Part shown: positions 1 to 11,031 of the stretch, one piece after another
Layout of the letters: each line of letters opens with the position of its first letter
How positions within the stretch are numbered: position 1 is the stretch's first letter
Assembly (NCBI GenBank): GCA_039961715.1
Contig: JABRVW010000010.1
Span: forward strand, 36,679-100,678
DNA from: Ignavibacterium sp.
GTDB lineage: Bacteria > Bacteroidota > Ignavibacteria > UBA10030
Direction: 5' to 3'
Length of the DNA: 64,000 bases
The notes under the pieces: model-generated
Database searches by the model: none
Seen by the model: only the letters and a program-made list of their open reading frames with translations
What the model was told of the DNA's origin: nothing
Program-made: the position numbers and the translations under genes

Positions 1-678
1 TGGCGAAAAATGGCCATGGAAGACTGCGAGGGGGTACCGGGCCTCCGGATGCTCCTCCCATCCCCAGGGAAGGAGCACATTGGCTCCAAGATACATGTCT
101 CTCCCCCAGAACTTTGACAGCAGTTCGCTTTTTATTCTGACGTGTTTGATGTACTTCGTGTCTTTGGGCGGCTCGATGGGCGGAATGACCTGGTCGAGGA
201 CAAGGGGGATGAGTCTCCTTTGCCTGGGGTCAAACCTGATCTTTCGTGGGATGCTGTAGAGATTCCCAGGAGCGCGGTTCCACTGCTGGCCTTCTCCGCG
301 ATCCATGGACAGTTTTACTGTATGGCCGTCTGACCGGTGAAATGTTTCGTACTTGTGCAGAAGGGCCTGCACCCAATAATCGCCTGGGGGAACATCGTTC
401 AAGCTCTTCACCGGATATCCATACGCTTCCTCCGATACGAGGACGATCTCTCCCGGTTTCCAGCCCTCCACATTCTGGCCGAAAATCTGCTGAGTCCGGG
501 GCCCGTCGGTAATCTGGAACCGAGGTTCCCGCGTGCTATCGACGGAAAGCATGAGAAGCAGACGGCCGTCAAGCGGAACCGCGCTTCGCTCTTTCGGATA
601 GGTGATGGAGAATTGAAACGAGCTTGCAAAGGAGAAGATGGAAAGGAAGAGACTCAGAATGATCGAAACGCGCTGCAT
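1..678 (-). CDS. Secreted putative esterase / alpha-beta hydrolase family protein, N-terminal part (runs off the window start)
   Basis: Not in the ORF track because it has no stop inside the window. Hand translation from ATG 678 (SD GGAGG upstream) gives MQRVSIILSLFLSIFSFASSFQFSITYPKERSAVPLDGRLLLMLS...YPLAVFHGHFSP, with a signal-peptide-like N-terminus. Confidence 0.75.
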   Translation of the reverse strand, partial: MQRVSIILSLFLSIFSFASSFQFSITYPKERSAVPLDGRLLLMLSVDSTREPRFQITDGPRTQQIFGQNVEGWKPGEIVLVSEEAYGYPVKSLNDVPPGDYWVQALLHKYETFHRSDGHTVKLSMDRGEGQQWNRAPGNLYSIPRKIRFDPRQRRLIPLVLDQVIPPIEPPKDTKYIKHVRIKSELLSKFWGRDMYLGANVLLPWGWEEHPEARYPLAVFHGHFSP

Positions 679-843
679 GGGTCCTCCGGGATGGTCGGAG
701 GATGGTACGGGATAAAGGGGGAGGAGTCAAGAGAAACGGAAAAGGGGAGTGAAGAGAAAGATGGAATACCGGAAGAGCCCGGTTCTCCCCTTCCAGGATT
801 TCCTTGTCGGATTTCATCCGCCGTCTCGTGCGGAGGTTTCAGG

Positions 844-3483
844 CTACATCGAGAACCAATATGTAAACTTGACCATGAAGATATTGTCCGTTTCCGCTTC
901 AATCAAACGATCGACCGCCCGGCTGAAGCTGAACTTGCCGTCGGAGGAATAACCGAAGCTACTGCGAGTCCACACGAGATAGAGCGTGGAACCCGGCCGG
1001 TATTCCCAGCGCAAAACCGCATTTCCGCGGATGGATGTGATATTGAAATCGGGATTGGAGAACGCGAAACCCGGAGCCGGCCCTGCACCGTCGGGATCCG
1101 CCTGATACTCAATGGTGCCGTCAGGCCGGACGATTTCATTGAGGGATGATCCCTCCGTCCCATACTTCAGGAAATTGAAGGTACGGGGGGCTTTAAGTTC
1201 CTTGTAGTCGTGGTAATCGCCGACGGAGATCAGGGGCTGCAGGTAGACCTGGAGGCTCAACTGCGGGGAGAACGTCCAGTTCAGCCTCATGCTCGCTCCC
1301 ACCGACGTCTGATTCAACGTCGCAAACACGTATCGGCTACCGTAGGTTTGGGCGGCGAGCGGATCAGCGACCGAGGTGACCCACTGCGCCTTTGTGCGGT
1401 CTCTTGAGAAATACGGTCCGGCTGTCAGCGAGACGTTTGGCGCCGGCTTCCATTCAACGTTCGCCTCAATCTGCCATTCCGCCTCGTCGGTGCGCATGTA
1501 CGTGAATCCGAAGACCGAGGCCACAACATCCTTACGGCTATCCGTTCCCGTCTCCATCCAGAACTCTCTTCCGGGAAGCGTGAGCATCATGGGGCCGCCT
1601 CTCGTCCTTCGGATATCGTACGTGAACGGATTGTAGGCAAATCCCGCGGCCGTCCAATAGTAATTGGGATACTCAACATAGGTGTTCATCCAGTATCCGT
1701 GCCAGATTTTATTTCCGCCGAAGTCGAAGTTCGCGAACGTTGATGCCTGAATGCGAAGGAATCGATAGTACTCTGTCGGGTCCGCCCATTTGTACCCCAG
1801 AACCACGTGGCTGTTGATCATGTCCGTCCGGCTCTGGAATCCGAGGTCGTTGACATCGAATTTCGGGTGAATGACGCCGATCGCCGCGTTGAGCACGACA
1901 GGGCCCTTCTGTTTGTTCAGCATCAGCCGTCCCGCGTACCCCGTGAGAGCCGTTGCGGCTGAATCGACCTCGACGTGGCTGGCATCGGGACGCTGGAAGT
2001 AGTGTGTGGAATTCCTCTGCAGAGCCGTCATTCGCGTCTGTGATCCCGAGACATGGGAAAACGCGGCCCAGCCGGTGAGAACATAGGTCTTGTCATCATC
2101 GAAGAATACCCAGCCATCGATGCCGCCCACAAGCGCGCCTGCGTTGATCTGGTCGCGCAAACGCTGATCGGCAAAGCTCCTTTGCGTATAGGTCGAAAGA
2201 ATGCCGAGACCCTGTCTGCCTTCGTCGTAATCGCGCTGGATTCTGGCGATGCCGTAGTAGGTGAGCGGCTCAATTTCAACGGTTGATCGCTGCCCTGCGG
2301 ACTGGATTTCGGCAACCTCGCGTCGGGTCACGGCATGGATCGTTCCGATTTTCCATTGATCAAATACACGCCCCGTCAGCTTCCCGGCCCCCAGGATATG
2401 CGTTCCCAAAGGAAGATCCGCGTAATCGAACGACGGGAGGCTTCCCTGGGGAGAGCGGCCGATGCGGCGGCTGTAGAAGAGGGTCGGGCTGGACCAGTTG
2501 AAGCCCCAGAAATTGTTTGAGCCGCCGTAGCCGAACTCGAAGATGTTTGCACCTTCGATGAAGAACGGCCTTTTTTCTGAGAAGAACGTCTCCACGTCGC
2601 TGAGATTCACAACGGCCGGATCCACTTCCACCTGGCCGAAATCCGGATTCACCGTGGCATTCAGGGTCAGATTGCTTGTCAGACCGACCTTCAGATCCGC
2701 TCCGACGCCCGGGACATACCGAGATCCGGAATGGAACGGATCATCGGACTGGCTCCTGAGGTATTCTGCACGCGTATTGACATAGGGAAGCAGTTCGACA
2801 GCTCCTCCAGGGCTGATATCTCGAATGCCCCCCAGCGTGCCGAATCGTGATACGAATCCGCTCTCGTTCCTCGGCGTGAAGACCATGTAATCGAACTCGT
2901 TTTTCCGTCCGATCACCCGTTTGAAGTTGATTCCCCACACGTGGTCTCTCTGTTCGTGGAATCGCAGTTGTGAGAATGGAATACGCAATTCCACGGTCCA
3001 TCCCCGCTCATCGACAGTGACCGCGCTCTCCCAGACGCCATCCCAGGAGCTTTGAGTCCAATCGTCGTTGTACATCGTTCCATCGGAAATCGAACCTGCA
3101 GCCGTGACGGAAAAGTAGTATCCCGATCTTCCATCGTGGTATGGGTCGAGGTACACGGTAAACTGATCAGCGGTTACGAATGCGTCCCGCCGGGACAGGA
3201 TTCGCATGATCGAATCCGGAGCGGAATCGTACAACCTCGCTGCCACATAGAGCGCTCCGTCGTCGTACGCGACCCAGACTTCAGTCCGTTCCGTTGGATC
3301 CTCTCCCTGGCGGGGATCCTTTTGCCTGAAGTCGGAGAATCCTGGCCCCGACCAGGCGGATTCCGTCAGCAGTCCGTCGATCACAATAGGCTCCGTAATG
3401 TGAAGGCTGTGAACTTCCGGTCGCTGGGCAAGGCTCACAAGGGGAAGAAATGCGGCGACGAGCAAGCCAATACAAACCTTCAT
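844..3483 (-). CDS. DUF5916-type outer-membrane protein with N-terminal CBM9-like (DOMON) domain
   Basis: Start moved to ATG 3483 (SD GGAGG; signal peptide MKVCIGLLVAAFLPLVSLA). Motifs IDGxLxExxW, WTVELRIPFSQLRF, NPDFGQVEVD, EKRPFFIEG; C-terminal beta-signal-like FMVKFTYWF. Confidence 0.8.
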   Translation of the reverse strand: MKVCIGLLVAAFLPLVSLAQRPEVHSLHITEPIVIDGLLTESAWSGPGFSDFRQKDPRQGEDPTERTEVWVAYDDGALYVAARLYDSAPDSIMRILSRRDAFVTADQFTVYLDPYHDGRSGYYFSVTAAGSISDGTMYNDDWTQSSWDGVWESAVTVDERGWTVELRIPFSQLRFHEQRDHVWGINFKRVIGRKNEFDYMVFTPRNESGFVSRFGTLGGIRDISPGGAVELLPYVNTRAEYLRSQSDDPFHSGSRYVPGVGADLKVGLTSNLTLNATVNPDFGQVEVDPAVVNLSDVETFFSEKRPFFIEGANIFEFGYGGSNNFWGFNWSSPTLFYSRRIGRSPQGSLPSFDYADLPLGTHILGAGKLTGRVFDQWKIGTIHAVTRREVAEIQSAGQRSTVEIEPLTYYGIARIQRDYDEGRQGLGILSTYTQRSFADQRLRDQINAGALVGGIDGWVFFDDDKTYVLTGWAAFSHVSGSQTRMTALQRNSTHYFQRPDASHVEVDSAATALTGYAGRLMLNKQKGPVVLNAAIGVIHPKFDVNDLGFQSRTDMINSHVVLGYKWADPTEYYRFLRIQASTFANFDFGGNKIWHGYWMNTYVEYPNYYWTAAGFAYNPFTYDIRRTRGGPMMLTLPGREFWMETGTDSRKDVVASVFGFTYMRTDEAEWQIEANVEWKPAPNVSLTAGPYFSRDRTKAQWVTSVADPLAAQTYGSRYVFATLNQTSVGASMRLNWTFSPQLSLQVYLQPLISVGDYHDYKELKAPRTFNFLKYGTEGSSLNEIVRPDGTIEYQADPDGAGPAPGFAFSNPDFNITSIRGNAVLRWEYRPGSTLYLVWTRSSFGYSSDGKFSFSRAVDRLIEAETDNIFMVKFTYWFSM

Positions 3484-3617
3484 CAGGGTCCTCCGTTCAT
3501 TGTCCTCGCAAATCATTCTCGGTTCCACGGCGTGCTTCCGAAAAGATATTCCTAAGACTCCACGAGCGGCCAAAAGGTTGTAGCCTCAGAGAGTGAGGTC
3601 AAACGGCAGGGGGTTCA

Positions 3618-3647
3618 TTGCCTTTTTTGGCGAAAATTGATTATACT
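3618..3647 (+). promoter_or_regulatory. Candidate sigma70 promoter for DUF3109-rpoN-hslVU
   Basis: TTGCCT-18 bp-TATACT, 23 bp upstream of GTG 3671. Confidence 0.5.
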
Positions 3648-3670
3648 GAATGAGGACAGAGGATTGTTGA

Positions 3671-4255
3671 GTGGACCAAATCCAGAACATAGCAATCGAC
3701 CCGGCGATTCCTGCGCTTCATTTTCAATGCAACGTCAACGTCTGCAAAGGTGCATGCTGTACCATGCCGGGGGGACGGGGGGCGCCGGTCTTGGACGCTG
3801 AACTGGGAGAAATCCACGCGGCTTTTCCTGTGGTCCGGAAATACCTGAGCGAGAGGCACCTTGAGGTTATTGAAGAGCGGGGATTTGTCGAAGGAGGGGC
3901 GGGAGATCTTGTGACGACCTGTGTTGACGGGGCAGCGTGTGTCTTCGTCACTTACGAAGGCGATGTCGCCCGGTGCTCGTTTGAAAAGGCCTTCCTCGCG
4001 GGCGAGACAGGCTGGCGAAAGCCCTTGTCGTGTCACCTCTTTCCGATCAGGATCGATCGGGGACTGCAGGAGCAGATCCGGTTTGAATATCTGCCGCACT
4101 GCGAGCCTGCGCTCGAGGGCGGAGCGGCCGCAGGTATGACGCTTGCCGAATTCGCCGGTAACGCGCTGATCCACGCCTACGGCGCATCGTGGTATCAACG
4201 ATTTCTGGAGTACTGCCGATCACGCCGGGAGACCGTTTCTTCCGGAGGACGATAA
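3671..4255 (+). CDS. DUF3109 family Cys-rich protein
   Basis: FxCxxxxCKGACC, ACVF, CSFE, KPLSCHLFP motifs. Confidence 0.8.
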   Translation: MDQIQNIAIDPAIPALHFQCNVNVCKGACCTMPGGRGAPVLDAELGEIHAAFPVVRKYLSERHLEVIEERGFVEGGAGDLVTTCVDGAACVFVTYEGDVARCSFEKAFLAGETGWRKPLSCHLFPIRIDRGLQEQIRFEYLPHCEPALEGGAAAGMTLAEFAGNALIHAYGASWYQRFLEYCRSRRETVSSGGR

Positions 4256-4257
4256 CC

Positions 4258-5688
4258 GTGGCGACTTTGAATCTTTCGCAGCAACTGCGCCTCGGCCTGA
4301 AGCTTACCCCCCAGCAGGTCCAGTACCTCAAACTTCTCCAGCTCCCCAATCTCGCCCTCGAACAACGGATCAAGACCGAGCTGGAGCTGAATCCCATGTT
4401 GGAGGTCGAGGAGAACCTCCAGCAGGAGGAACCGGAGAACGGTCAGGAGCTCGAGGCTTCCAATGGGGAGGAAGAAGAAGGATACACCCTCGACGATTAC
4501 TTGAACGACGATCTTGCTGGATTCAAGAGTCCCGAGGCCCGTGCGCCGGCTGACGAAGATGGTGACATTGAGCCGCCCCTGCCTTCCACTCCGCCCCTCT
4601 CCGAGCGCCTCCTGGCCCAGTTCAGAATGCTTGAGGTCGATGATACAGACGTTCTCCTCTCCGAGGAAATCATTGGCAACGTCGACGAAGACGGCTATCT
4701 CCGGAGGGAGCTGAATCTGATTGTCCAGGACCTCAATCTGACCTACGGCCTGGAAATCCCCCTTGACCGTGCTGAAGCTGTTCTGCAGAAGATTCAGCAG
4801 CTTGATCCGCCGGGCATCGCAGCCCGGAATCTCACCGAATGCCTGATCGCTCAGATTCGGGCGGGCACGTATGATCCCCTCCTGAAGGAACTCGCATTGA
4901 AGATCCTGGAGCATCATTTTGAAGATCTCAAGCTCAGGCGGTACGAAGCCCTGGCGCAGCATCTTGGAGTCGGGCTCGACACGCTCAAGCGCGTGATTGA
5001 GCTCATCCAGCATTTGAATCCAAAGCCCGGCGAAGGGGAGTTCTCAGCCCAGGAGAACTACGTGACGCCGGACTTCATCGTGGAAAAGGATGACGGGGAT
5101 TTTCTGATCACCCTCAATGACCGCAGTATTCCCACACTGCGCCTCAACCGCGCGTACAGGGAACTCGTCACACCCAGGGGAAAGAAGGCCTCCAAGGAGA
5201 CCAAGGATTTCATCAAGCAGAAGTTCGAATCGGCAAAATGGTTCATTGCCTCGATCCACCAGCGTCGCGAAACGCTTCTCAAGGTCATGCGTGTCATCGT
5301 GGACCGGCAAAGGGAGTGGTTTGAAGACGGAGAGACGTTGAAACCCATGATCTACAAGGACATTGCCGAGGTCGTTGGCGTGGATATTTCAACCATCAGC
5401 CGGGTGGTGAACAGCAAATACGTTCAGACGGAATTTGGCGTCTATTCGCTGAAGCATTTCTTCACGTCCGGCATCGAGACGACAAGCGGCGAGGATTTAT
5501 CCAACCAGGTCGTCAAACAGAAGGTCAAAGAGCTGATTGCTGCTGAGGACCCGAAGAATCCACTCAACGACGACAAGATTGCTGAATTACTCCGAAACGA
5601 TGGCATCAAGCTGGCGCGGCGGACTGTTGCGAAGTACCGGGAGCAACTGGGATTGCCGATCGCCCGACTGAGAAAGAGCATAGGGTGA
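4258..5688 (+). CDS. rpoN: RNA polymerase sigma-54 factor
   Basis: GTG 4258; region [16 protein letters not shown]; HTH STISRVV; RpoN box [10 protein letters not shown]. Confidence 0.97.
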   Translation: MATLNLSQQLRLGLKLTPQQVQYLKLLQLPNLALEQRIKTELELNPMLEVEENLQQEEPENGQELEASNGEEEEGYTLDDYLNDDLAGFKSPEARAPADEDGDIEPPLPSTPPLSERLLAQFRMLEVDDTDVLLSEEIIGNVDEDGYLRRELNLIVQDLNLTYGLEIPLDRAEAVLQKIQQLDPPGIAARNLTECLIAQIRAGTYDPLLKELALKILEHHFEDLKLRRYEALAQHLGVGLDTLKRVIELIQHLNPKPGEGEFSAQENYVTPDFIVEKDDGDFLITLNDRSIPTLRLNRAYRELVTPRGKKASKETKDFIKQKFESAKWFIASIHQRRETLLKVMRVIVDRQREWFEDGETLKPMIYKDIAEVVGVDISTISRVVNSKYVQTEFGVYSLKHFFTSGIETTSGEDLSNQVVKQKVKELIAAEDPKNPLNDDKIAELLRNDGIKLARRTVAKYREQLGLPIARLRKSIG

Positions 5689-5692
5689 GGGT

Positions 5693-6295
5693 ATGAACGG
5701 TTTAAGGTCCCAGGTTCAAGGTTCCGGGTTTCAGGTTTCGGGCTCAGGCGTTTCAGGTCCGAAAGATATTCACGCGACGACGATCATCGGATTGAGGCGG
5801 GACGGGGTTGCGGCTCTTGGCGGGGACGGGCAGGTCACGCTTGGAAACACGGTGATGAAGCAGCGCTCCAACAAGATCCGCAAGCTCTACAAGGATTCGG
5901 TGCTTGTGGGCTTCGCCGGCGCGGCGGCCGATGCGCTCAGTCTGCTGGACCGTTTTGAGGAACAGCTCGAAAAGCACCGCGGCCAGCTGGTTCGCGCAGC
6001 GGTGGAGCTTGCAAAGCTCTGGCGGACGGACAAGTATCTTCGCCAGCTTGAGGCACTGCTCGCGGTGGTCGATCGGGAGCATTCTCTGATCATTTCAGGA
6101 AACGGCGAGGTCATCGAGCCCGATGATGGAATCGTGGCTGTGGGCTCGGGAGGCCCTTATGCTCTTGCGGCTGCGCGGGCGTTGATCAAGCATACGAACC
6201 TGGGCGCACCGGAGATTGTCCGGGAGGCTCTTGAAAACGCTGCCGAAATCTGCATTTACACAAACTCGAACATTGTTCTCGAACAGCTTTCCTGA
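5693..6295 (+). CDS. hslV: ATP-dependent protease subunit HslV
   Basis: HA|TTII catalytic N-terminal Thr after a propeptide; [23 protein letters not shown]. Confidence 0.96.
   Translation: MNGLRSQVQGSGFQVSGSGVSGPKDIHATTIIGLRRDGVAALGGDGQVTLGNTVMKQRSNKIRKLYKDSVLVGFAGAAADALSLLDRFEEQLEKHRGQLVRAAVELAKLWRTDKYLRQLEALLAVVDREHSLIISGNGEVIEPDDGIVAVGSGGPYALAAARALIKHTNLGAPEIVREALENAAEICIYTNSNIVLEQLS
5695..5758 (+). repeat. Degenerate 7-bp tandem repeat (consensus TTCAGGT), about 9 units, within the hslV 5' end
   Basis: gaacggt ttaaggt cccaggt tcaaggt tccgggt ttcaggt ttcgggc tcaggcg t ttcaggt. Confidence 0.7.
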
Positions 6296-6325
6296 TCATT
6301 TCTTGCATCGACTCTGATCGCCACC

Positions 6326-7708
6326 GTGACACATCCAGAACACCGCACCGCCCCGGCTGATCTCACCCCCCGGCAGATCGTCTCAGAGCTGGACAAGTAC
6401 ATCATCGGCCAGCATCAGGCGAAGCGCTCTGTGGCGATTGCCCTGCGCAATCGGTGGAGGCGCCTTCAAGTCCCTGAGGGGCTGCGCGAGGAGATCATGC
6501 CGAACAACATCATCCTGATCGGCCCCACGGGTGTGGGCAAAACCGAGATCGCCCGCCGGCTCGCAAAACTCGCGCAGGCGCCGTTCGTCAAGGTCGAAGC
6601 CTCAAAATTCACGGAGGTTGGCTATGTGGGCCGGGATGTCGAATCGATGGTACGCGACCTGACCGAGATTGCGGTCAACATGGTCAGGGCGGAAAAAGCC
6701 GCCGAAGTGGAATCGCGTGCTCAGGACCTGGCGGACGAGCGCATCCTCGACATTCTCCTGCCGCCCGTACGCCTCCGCCACTCAGCGACATCCGGAGTCC
6801 CTGAGGAGCCGAGAGAAGACGAGAGCGCCACGCGGCAAAGGTTCCGTGAACAGCTCAGAAAAGGCGAGCTGGATCAGAGGATTATAGAGGTTGACATTCC
6901 CGCTGCGCAGATGCCCCTCATGCAGGTCATGGGCCCCGTCAGCCTTGAGGAAATGGGCATCAACATTCAGGAAATGTTCGGAAATCTTCTCCCGAAGAAG
7001 AACAAGCTGAGAAAGATGAATGTGAGGGAAGCACGGCAGGTTCTCCGGCAGGAAGAGGCATCAAAGCTGATTGATATGGACAAAGTGACGCGCGAGGCGT
7101 TGACGCGTGTGGAAAATTCGGGCATCATCTTTATCGACGAGATCGACAAGATCGCCGCTCCACGCGGACAGCAGTCAGGACCCGACGTGTCCCGCGAAGG
7201 CGTCCAGCGCGATTTGTTGCCGATCGTGGAGGGTTCCAACGTCACAACGAAGTACGGCATGGTCAAGACCGACCACATTCTCTTCATCGCCTCCGGAGCG
7301 TTTCATGTCTCCAAGCCATCCGACCTCATCCCCGAACTCCAGGGCCGGTTCCCGATCCGAGTGGAACTGCAGAGTCTCACCCAGGAGGACTTCATCAAGA
7401 TCCTGACGATGCCGCAAAACGCGCTCCTCAAACAATATACCGCGCTTCTGGCGCCTGAAGGGATCCTGCTGGAATTCGACACTGGAGCCGTTGAAGAAGT
7501 GGCCAGGACGGCCTTTGAAGTGAACGAACAGGTGGAGAACATCGGAGCCCGCCGTCTCCACACGATCCTCACAACGTTGCTGGAAGAAGTCCTCTACGAT
7601 GCCCCGGATGCGGTGCGCGATCGACGGCTCAGGATAACTTCCGATCTCGTGCGGGAGAAACTGCAGACGATCGTGAAGGACCGGGATCTGTCGAGGTATA
7701 TTCTGTGA
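6326..7708 (+). CDS. hslU: ATP-dependent protease ATPase subunit HslU
   Basis: [40 protein letters not shown]-terminal DLSRYIL. Confidence 0.98.
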   Translation: MTHPEHRTAPADLTPRQIVSELDKYIIGQHQAKRSVAIALRNRWRRLQVPEGLREEIMPNNIILIGPTGVGKTEIARRLAKLAQAPFVKVEASKFTEVGYVGRDVESMVRDLTEIAVNMVRAEKAAEVESRAQDLADERILDILLPPVRLRHSATSGVPEEPREDESATRQRFREQLRKGELDQRIIEVDIPAAQMPLMQVMGPVSLEEMGINIQEMFGNLLPKKNKLRKMNVREARQVLRQEEASKLIDMDKVTREALTRVENSGIIFIDEIDKIAAPRGQQSGPDVSREGVQRDLLPIVEGSNVTTKYGMVKTDHILFIASGAFHVSKPSDLIPELQGRFPIRVELQSLTQEDFIKILTMPQNALLKQYTALLAPEGILLEFDTGAVEEVARTAFEVNEQVENIGARRLHTILTTLLEEVLYDAPDAVRDRRLRITSDLVREKLQTIVKDRDLSRYIL

Positions 7709-7762
7709 AAGGACGAGGGAGGAGTCAGGCATAGACTCGTGCACTGGCCCCTACCCCTCTGA

Positions 7763-8086
7763 CTAATGCACCTTCTCCCCTTTCGGCGGAGGTTGAAAGC
7801 CCAGGATCTGTCCCCCCGGCTCCCCTGCGATCTTGATCTCTCCGTACTTTTTCTCGAACTTCTCGACATTTTCCTTGAGCGCACCAAGAAGCATCTTGGT
7901 ATGCTGGGGCGTCATGATGATCCGCGCATGCACGCGTGCTTTTGGAGTGCCGGGAAGGACGCGAGTGAAATCGATGACGAACTCCGCTGGCGAGTGTGTG
8001 ATGATCGCCAGGTTGGAGTAAATACCCTCGGCTTCCTTCTCCCCCAACTCAATATTGATTTGCTGTTGCTGCGGCTGGTCTGCCAT
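7763..8086 (-). CDS. DUF3467 family protein
   Basis: ATG 8086; QINIEL...AEGIYSNLAIITHSPAEFVIDF...ENVEKFEKKYG. Confidence 0.85.
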   Translation of the reverse strand: MADQPQQQQINIELGEKEAEGIYSNLAIITHSPAEFVIDFTRVLPGTPKARVHARIIMTPQHTKMLLGALKENVEKFEKKYGEIKIAGEPGGQILGFQPPPKGEKVH

Positions 8087-8155
8087 GGTCCTTCCTCCCG
8101 ATACGACAATGCCCATCCGGGGATGGGCATTGTGTAGTGAACGTGAAATGATCTG

Positions 8156-9526
8156 TTACTTTGCCTTCAACTCGTCGGCCCGGTCAAACGCCTTCAGGGC
8201 GTCGTCCTGCCTGCCAAGCTGGGCGTAGATCGTTCCCAGCGTTTCCCATACCTGCACGTCGTCCGGCCGTCGCTTCGAAACTTCTTCGATGTAGGGCAAC
8301 GCATCCTTGAACTTCTCCTTGTGCTGGTTGGTCGCGTCCCCCTTCTCTTCGGCCGCCCGCATCAGGTCCACACCCCAGTTATAATATGTGGCGCCGAGAT
8401 CGAAAAGCGCATCCGTAAACTCAGGATCGACCTTGTACGCCTTGGAGAAGCTGTCAACGGCTTTTTGATAGTTTCCTGAACTCCTGTAGAGAACGCCCAG
8501 GACGTACAGATTGTCCTTGTTGGTTGGATCTCCCGACACCACCCGTTCGTACTCCGTCACTGCCTCGCCAATCCTGTTCGACTGAATGTAGGCACGCAGA
8601 AACATGTTCAGCGTTTCTGCATCGCTCATCCCCGCATCCTTCGCCTCGGTGAGAAGACGGATCGCCTGGTCATACTCCCGCATGGCGAGGCGCTGATTCG
8701 TGGAATCGATGTCAGGGACGTACGGCTTGGAAAAATTCTTCGCCGTTACCCGGTCATTCTCGATGCTGACAGTCAGATTGAACCTGCGGTATTCCAGATC
8801 TTCCTTCTTGGAATTTCGGGGGCCGCGTTTGATCCTGTCCGGCGCACCGAGTTTGTCGATCACGTCGCTCCTGCGTGTATTCTTTCTGATCGAGGCGAGA
8901 TTCTCGGCGGCTTTGAGCTTGTCGGCGTTTTCCGATTCGAACCGGGTCTTCAGCTGGTCCCCTCGCTCAATGTACAACCGGACGGCCGGCTTCAGCGATT
9001 CGATGTCCTTTCCCTTCTCCCAGGCCGTGGTGAACGCCTCAAGGGCCTTGTCCGAACGACCACTGTTGTAGTAGGCGTATCCAATATAACGGTAGGTCAA
9101 AGACGTATCGGGCCAGATGCGGACGGCCTTGTCGAACTCCCCGAGGGCGCTCTCGTAGAAGCTCGTCGATTCCGGGGAGGCGCGTTCCAGGTACTGTAGT
9201 CCGCGGTTCAGCGTCTGAGCCCAACGGTTGTAGCGATTCGCACGAATATCCTTTGCAAATCGGGGAGAAAGTTCAAGCGCTTTTCCATAGGCGGCGTTCA
9301 TGGATTCGTACTCCCCCGCCTCTCCACTCACCCATCCCAACAGGTACCAAGCCTCTTCGTTCTGAGGATTCTTCTGTACCTCGATCTCCAGCAAACGCTT
9401 GGCTTCGGGATAGTTGTTTTGTTGGATGTGGAGCTTGGCTCCGGTAAATTCCGACGATGCACACTGGAAACCCTGAAACAGAAGAAAAGCAGCCAGAAAC
9501 GCGGCAAGAATAATCGGAGACTTCAT
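8156..9526 (-). CDS. TPR-repeat protein, probable lipoprotein
   Basis: ATG 9526; hydrophobic leader ending FQGFQ-C; multiple TPRs ([38 protein letters not shown]). Confidence 0.8.
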   Translation of the reverse strand: MKSPIILAAFLAAFLLFQGFQCASSEFTGAKLHIQQNNYPEAKRLLEIEVQKNPQNEEAWYLLGWVSGEAGEYESMNAAYGKALELSPRFAKDIRANRYNRWAQTLNRGLQYLERASPESTSFYESALGEFDKAVRIWPDTSLTYRYIGYAYYNSGRSDKALEAFTTAWEKGKDIESLKPAVRLYIERGDQLKTRFESENADKLKAAENLASIRKNTRRSDVIDKLGAPDRIKRGPRNSKKEDLEYRRFNLTVSIENDRVTAKNFSKPYVPDIDSTNQRLAMREYDQAIRLLTEAKDAGMSDAETLNMFLRAYIQSNRIGEAVTEYERVVSGDPTNKDNLYVLGVLYRSSGNYQKAVDSFSKAYKVDPEFTDALFDLGATYYNWGVDLMRAAEEKGDATNQHKEKFKDALPYIEEVSKRRPDDVQVWETLGTIYAQLGRQDDALKAFDRADELKAK

Positions 9527-9563
9527 GAGCAACCCTCGTGTGTGGTGGGACAAACAGGAAAAA

Positions 9564-9592
9564 AATATACGAAAAGAGCCCTGGAGAAGCAA
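9564..9592 (-). promoter_or_regulatory. Candidate sigma70 promoter for the TPR lipoprotein gene
   Basis: Minus strand TTGCTT-17 bp-TATATT. Confidence 0.55.
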
Positions 9593-9748
9593 CATGGCAG
9601 AATCTGTTCTCAGGAACGGGAGAAAACTGAACCGCGTGTGGGAATTGAGCCGAATTCTAGGTACATTCAAATGATTTGTCATTCCGCGCCGCTGGGTTGT
9701 ACCTCAGTCTACCGCTGTTCACACAATCGAACGAGTCAGGAGAACCAC

Positions 9749-10996
9749 ATGCCATCCTACCTTAAGCTCCAGGAACCGTCCGGAGGAAAGCGCATTACCG
9801 TCCGCGACGGCCAGCTGAACGTCCCCGATCACCCTATCATTCCCTACATCGAAGGTGATGGAACCGGGCCCGATATCTGGCGGGCCTCACAGCGCGTGTT
9901 CGACGAAGCTGTCAAGAAGGCCTACGGCGGAAAGCGCTCCATCGTCTGGTTTGAAGTCTACGCCGGAGAGAAGGCCAACGAAGTGTACGGACCGAACACA
10001 TGGCTCCACGACGACACGCTCGAGGCCATCAAGACGCATATTGTGGCCATCAAGGGACCGCTCACCACACCGGTGGGCGGAGGCATCCGGTCCATCAACG
10101 TTGCGCTCAGGCAAATGTTGGACCTGTACGTGTGCCTGCGGCCGGTCCGCTATTTCGACGGTGTGCCCTCCCCTGTCAAACACCCCGAAAAGGTGAACAT
10201 GGTGATTTTCCGCGAGAACACGGAGGATATCTACGCCGGAATCGAGTGGAAAGCAGGGTCTCCGGAGGCGAAAAAAATCGTCGACTGGCTTCAGAAGGAA
10301 ATGGGAGTAAAGAAGATCCGGTTTCCCCAGACGTCCAGCATCGGCATCAAGCCCGTGTCCCAGGAGGGCAGTACAAGGCTGATCCGCGCGGCAATCAAAT
10401 TCGCCATCACAAGCAAACGATCATCCGTTACGTTTGTCCACAAAGGCAACATCATGAAGTTCACCGAGGGGGCGTTTCGTGATTGGGGGTATGAGCTGGC
10501 ACAGAAGGAGTTTGGGGGAGTCCTGCTTGATGGCGGCCCGTGGGTAAAACTTCCGAACGGCATGGTCATCAAGGACATGATCGCTGACAATTTCCTGCAA
10601 CAGATTCTGACGCGCCCCGCTGAGTATGACGTGATTGCCACTTTGAACCTCAACGGGGACTACGTCTCCGACGCCCTGGCGGCGCAGGTGGGCGGCATCG
10701 GGATTGCTCCCGGCGGGAACATCAATTATGAAAACGGCTACGCCGTCTTCGAGGCGACACACGGTACCGCGCCGAAATATGCCAACCAGGACAAGGTGAA
10801 TCCGGGTTCAGTGATCCTTTCGGGCGAGATGATGCTTCGATACATGGGATGGGCCGAGGCCGCAGATCTGATTGTCCGCGGGCTTGAACGCACGATCAAA
10901 TCAAAGACCGTGACCTATGATTTTGCGCGGTTGATGGAAGGAGCAAACGAGGTGAAATGCTCCGAATTCGGCGAAGCGATCGTCAAGAACATGTGA
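9749..10996 (+). CDS. icd: NADP-dependent isocitrate dehydrogenase (dimeric, E. coli type)
   Basis: ATG 9749 after SD AGGAG; [53 protein letters not shown]. Confidence 0.96.
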   Translation: MPSYLKLQEPSGGKRITVRDGQLNVPDHPIIPYIEGDGTGPDIWRASQRVFDEAVKKAYGGKRSIVWFEVYAGEKANEVYGPNTWLHDDTLEAIKTHIVAIKGPLTTPVGGGIRSINVALRQMLDLYVCLRPVRYFDGVPSPVKHPEKVNMVIFRENTEDIYAGIEWKAGSPEAKKIVDWLQKEMGVKKIRFPQTSSIGIKPVSQEGSTRLIRAAIKFAITSKRSSVTFVHKGNIMKFTEGAFRDWGYELAQKEFGGVLLDGGPWVKLPNGMVIKDMIADNFLQQILTRPAEYDVIATLNLNGDYVSDALAAQVGGIGIAPGGNINYENGYAVFEATHGTAPKYANQDKVNPGSVILSGEMMLRYMGWAEAADLIVRGLERTIKSKTVTYDFARLMEGANEVKCSEFGEAIVKNM

Positions 10997-11031
10997 CACG
11001 GGGATCGGAGCGTTCCCTCCGTCGCGTCAAA

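Noticed and set aside
337-1149. 270-aa plus-strand ORF
   Set aside because: It is antisense to the esterase and DUF5916 genes and has no recognisable motifs.
3628-3642. Possible sigma54 -24/-12 autoregulatory site (TGGCG...TTGA)
   Set aside because: There is no GC at the -12 position with the required GG-N10-GC spacing.
9419-9748. 110-aa N-terminal extension of Icd in the ORF track
   Set aside because: It spans the divergent promoter region; the SD-led ATG 9749 gives a normal-length Icd.
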